Source: a virus
IMG/VR virus record: IMGVR_UViG_3300047160_010630
Location: 44,001 to 108,000 of that record
Length of the DNA stretch: 64,000 nucleotides
Strand: one strand, 5' to 3'
In this document: piece by piece, positions 63,565 through 64,000 of the stretch
How positions within the stretch are numbered: position 1 is the stretch's first letter
Layout of the letters: each line of letters opens with the position of its first letter
Program-made: the position numbers and the translations under genes
The notes under the pieces: model-generated
Told to the model about the DNA's origin: nothing
Database searches by the model: none
Seen by the model: only the letters and a program-made list of their open reading frames with translations

Positions 63565-64000
63565 GTGGCACTGAACCCCGACACCGGCGTGTACGAACCA
63601 CGTCCCTACAACCAGCGCTTCGGGCGGACGCTGAACCGCAAGGGCGTGGCCATGTCCACGATGCTGATGGACACCGTCGAGGAGCGCCTGCGCACCGAGC
63701 CGCTGCACCGCATCCCGGTCAAGGACGTCGCCCGGCGGGTGGGGACGTCGCCCGCGAACTTCTACCAGTACTTCGCGTCGCTGGACGACGTGGTCGGCGC
63801 CCTGCTGGACCGGCTGAGCGCGTACGCGAAGGCCGAGCAGCAGGTGCAGTTCTCGGAGCTGACGGCCGCGAACCTCTACAGCGTCTCCGGCGCGTTCCTG
63901 GTCGACCCGGACACCGACCTGGCCGACGCGCTGGGCGAGCGGGTCGTCGAGACGCTGGAGTTCCTGGAGAAGAACGGCGAGCTGCTGGCCGCCGCGTCGG
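63565..64000 (+). CDS. TetR-family HTH regulator (partial, runs off the window)
   Basis: IPVKDVARRVGTSPANFYQYFASLDDV; promoter TGGACT-N18-TAGGGT. Confidence 0.8.
   Translation, partial: MALNPDTGVYEPRPYNQRFGRTLNRKGVAMSTMLMDTVEERLRTEPLHRIPVKDVARRVGTSPANFYQYFASLDDVVGALLDRLSAYAKAEQQVQFSELTAANLYSVSGAFLVDPDTDLADALGERVVETLEFLEKNGELLAAAS

Noticed and set aside
1-64000. Prophage status (integrase, att sites)
   Set aside because: No recombinase, phage repressor or host housekeeping genes were recognised in this window.

Overview
High-GC (actinobacterial) tailed dsDNA phage genome segment, most likely a siphovirus-like phage of Streptomyces or a relative (host inferred from SigA/HrdB-type promoters, TTA avoidance and the GroES style). 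1-16.7 kb (+): head-completion, neck and tail genes (tail tube, tail-assembly chaperone, tape measure, minor tail, Kelch/CBM receptor-binding protein) and a lysis cassette, with free-standing LAGLIDADG and HNH homing endonucleases. 16.7-29.4 kb (-): six tRNAs (fMet, His, Tyr, Gly, Ser, Leu) interrupted by a PD-(D/E)XK endonuclease, then SSB, Sak4-like ATPase, Cas4/RecB-like exonuclease, SNF2 helicase, RuvC-like resolvase and a family A DNA polymerase. 29.5-51.3 kb (+): many small genes, including ParB-like, Thg1-like, GroES, HicA-like, prim-pol, RecD-like helicase and DUF927 helicase. 51.3-53.6 kb: repeat- and G-quadruplex-rich putative origin or terminus region. 53.6-64 kb (+): small early-type genes, a HIT protein and a partial TetR regulator. 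No integrase or CRISPR seen. The top finding is that the probable head-tail adaptor gene (1220-2173) is broken by an in-frame TTA-TAG inside a 9-nt insert, a candidate bldA(UUA)-gated translational bypass. Other notable findings are a repeated (AGGAAnn)2-4 leader on about 30 non-structural genes, a +1 TTT-CGT frameshift candidate in the tail chaperone, an endonuclease whose stop codon is a tRNA anticodon, and a four-member paralog family with promoters built on stop codons. All protein calls come from motif recognition by eye; no searches were run.
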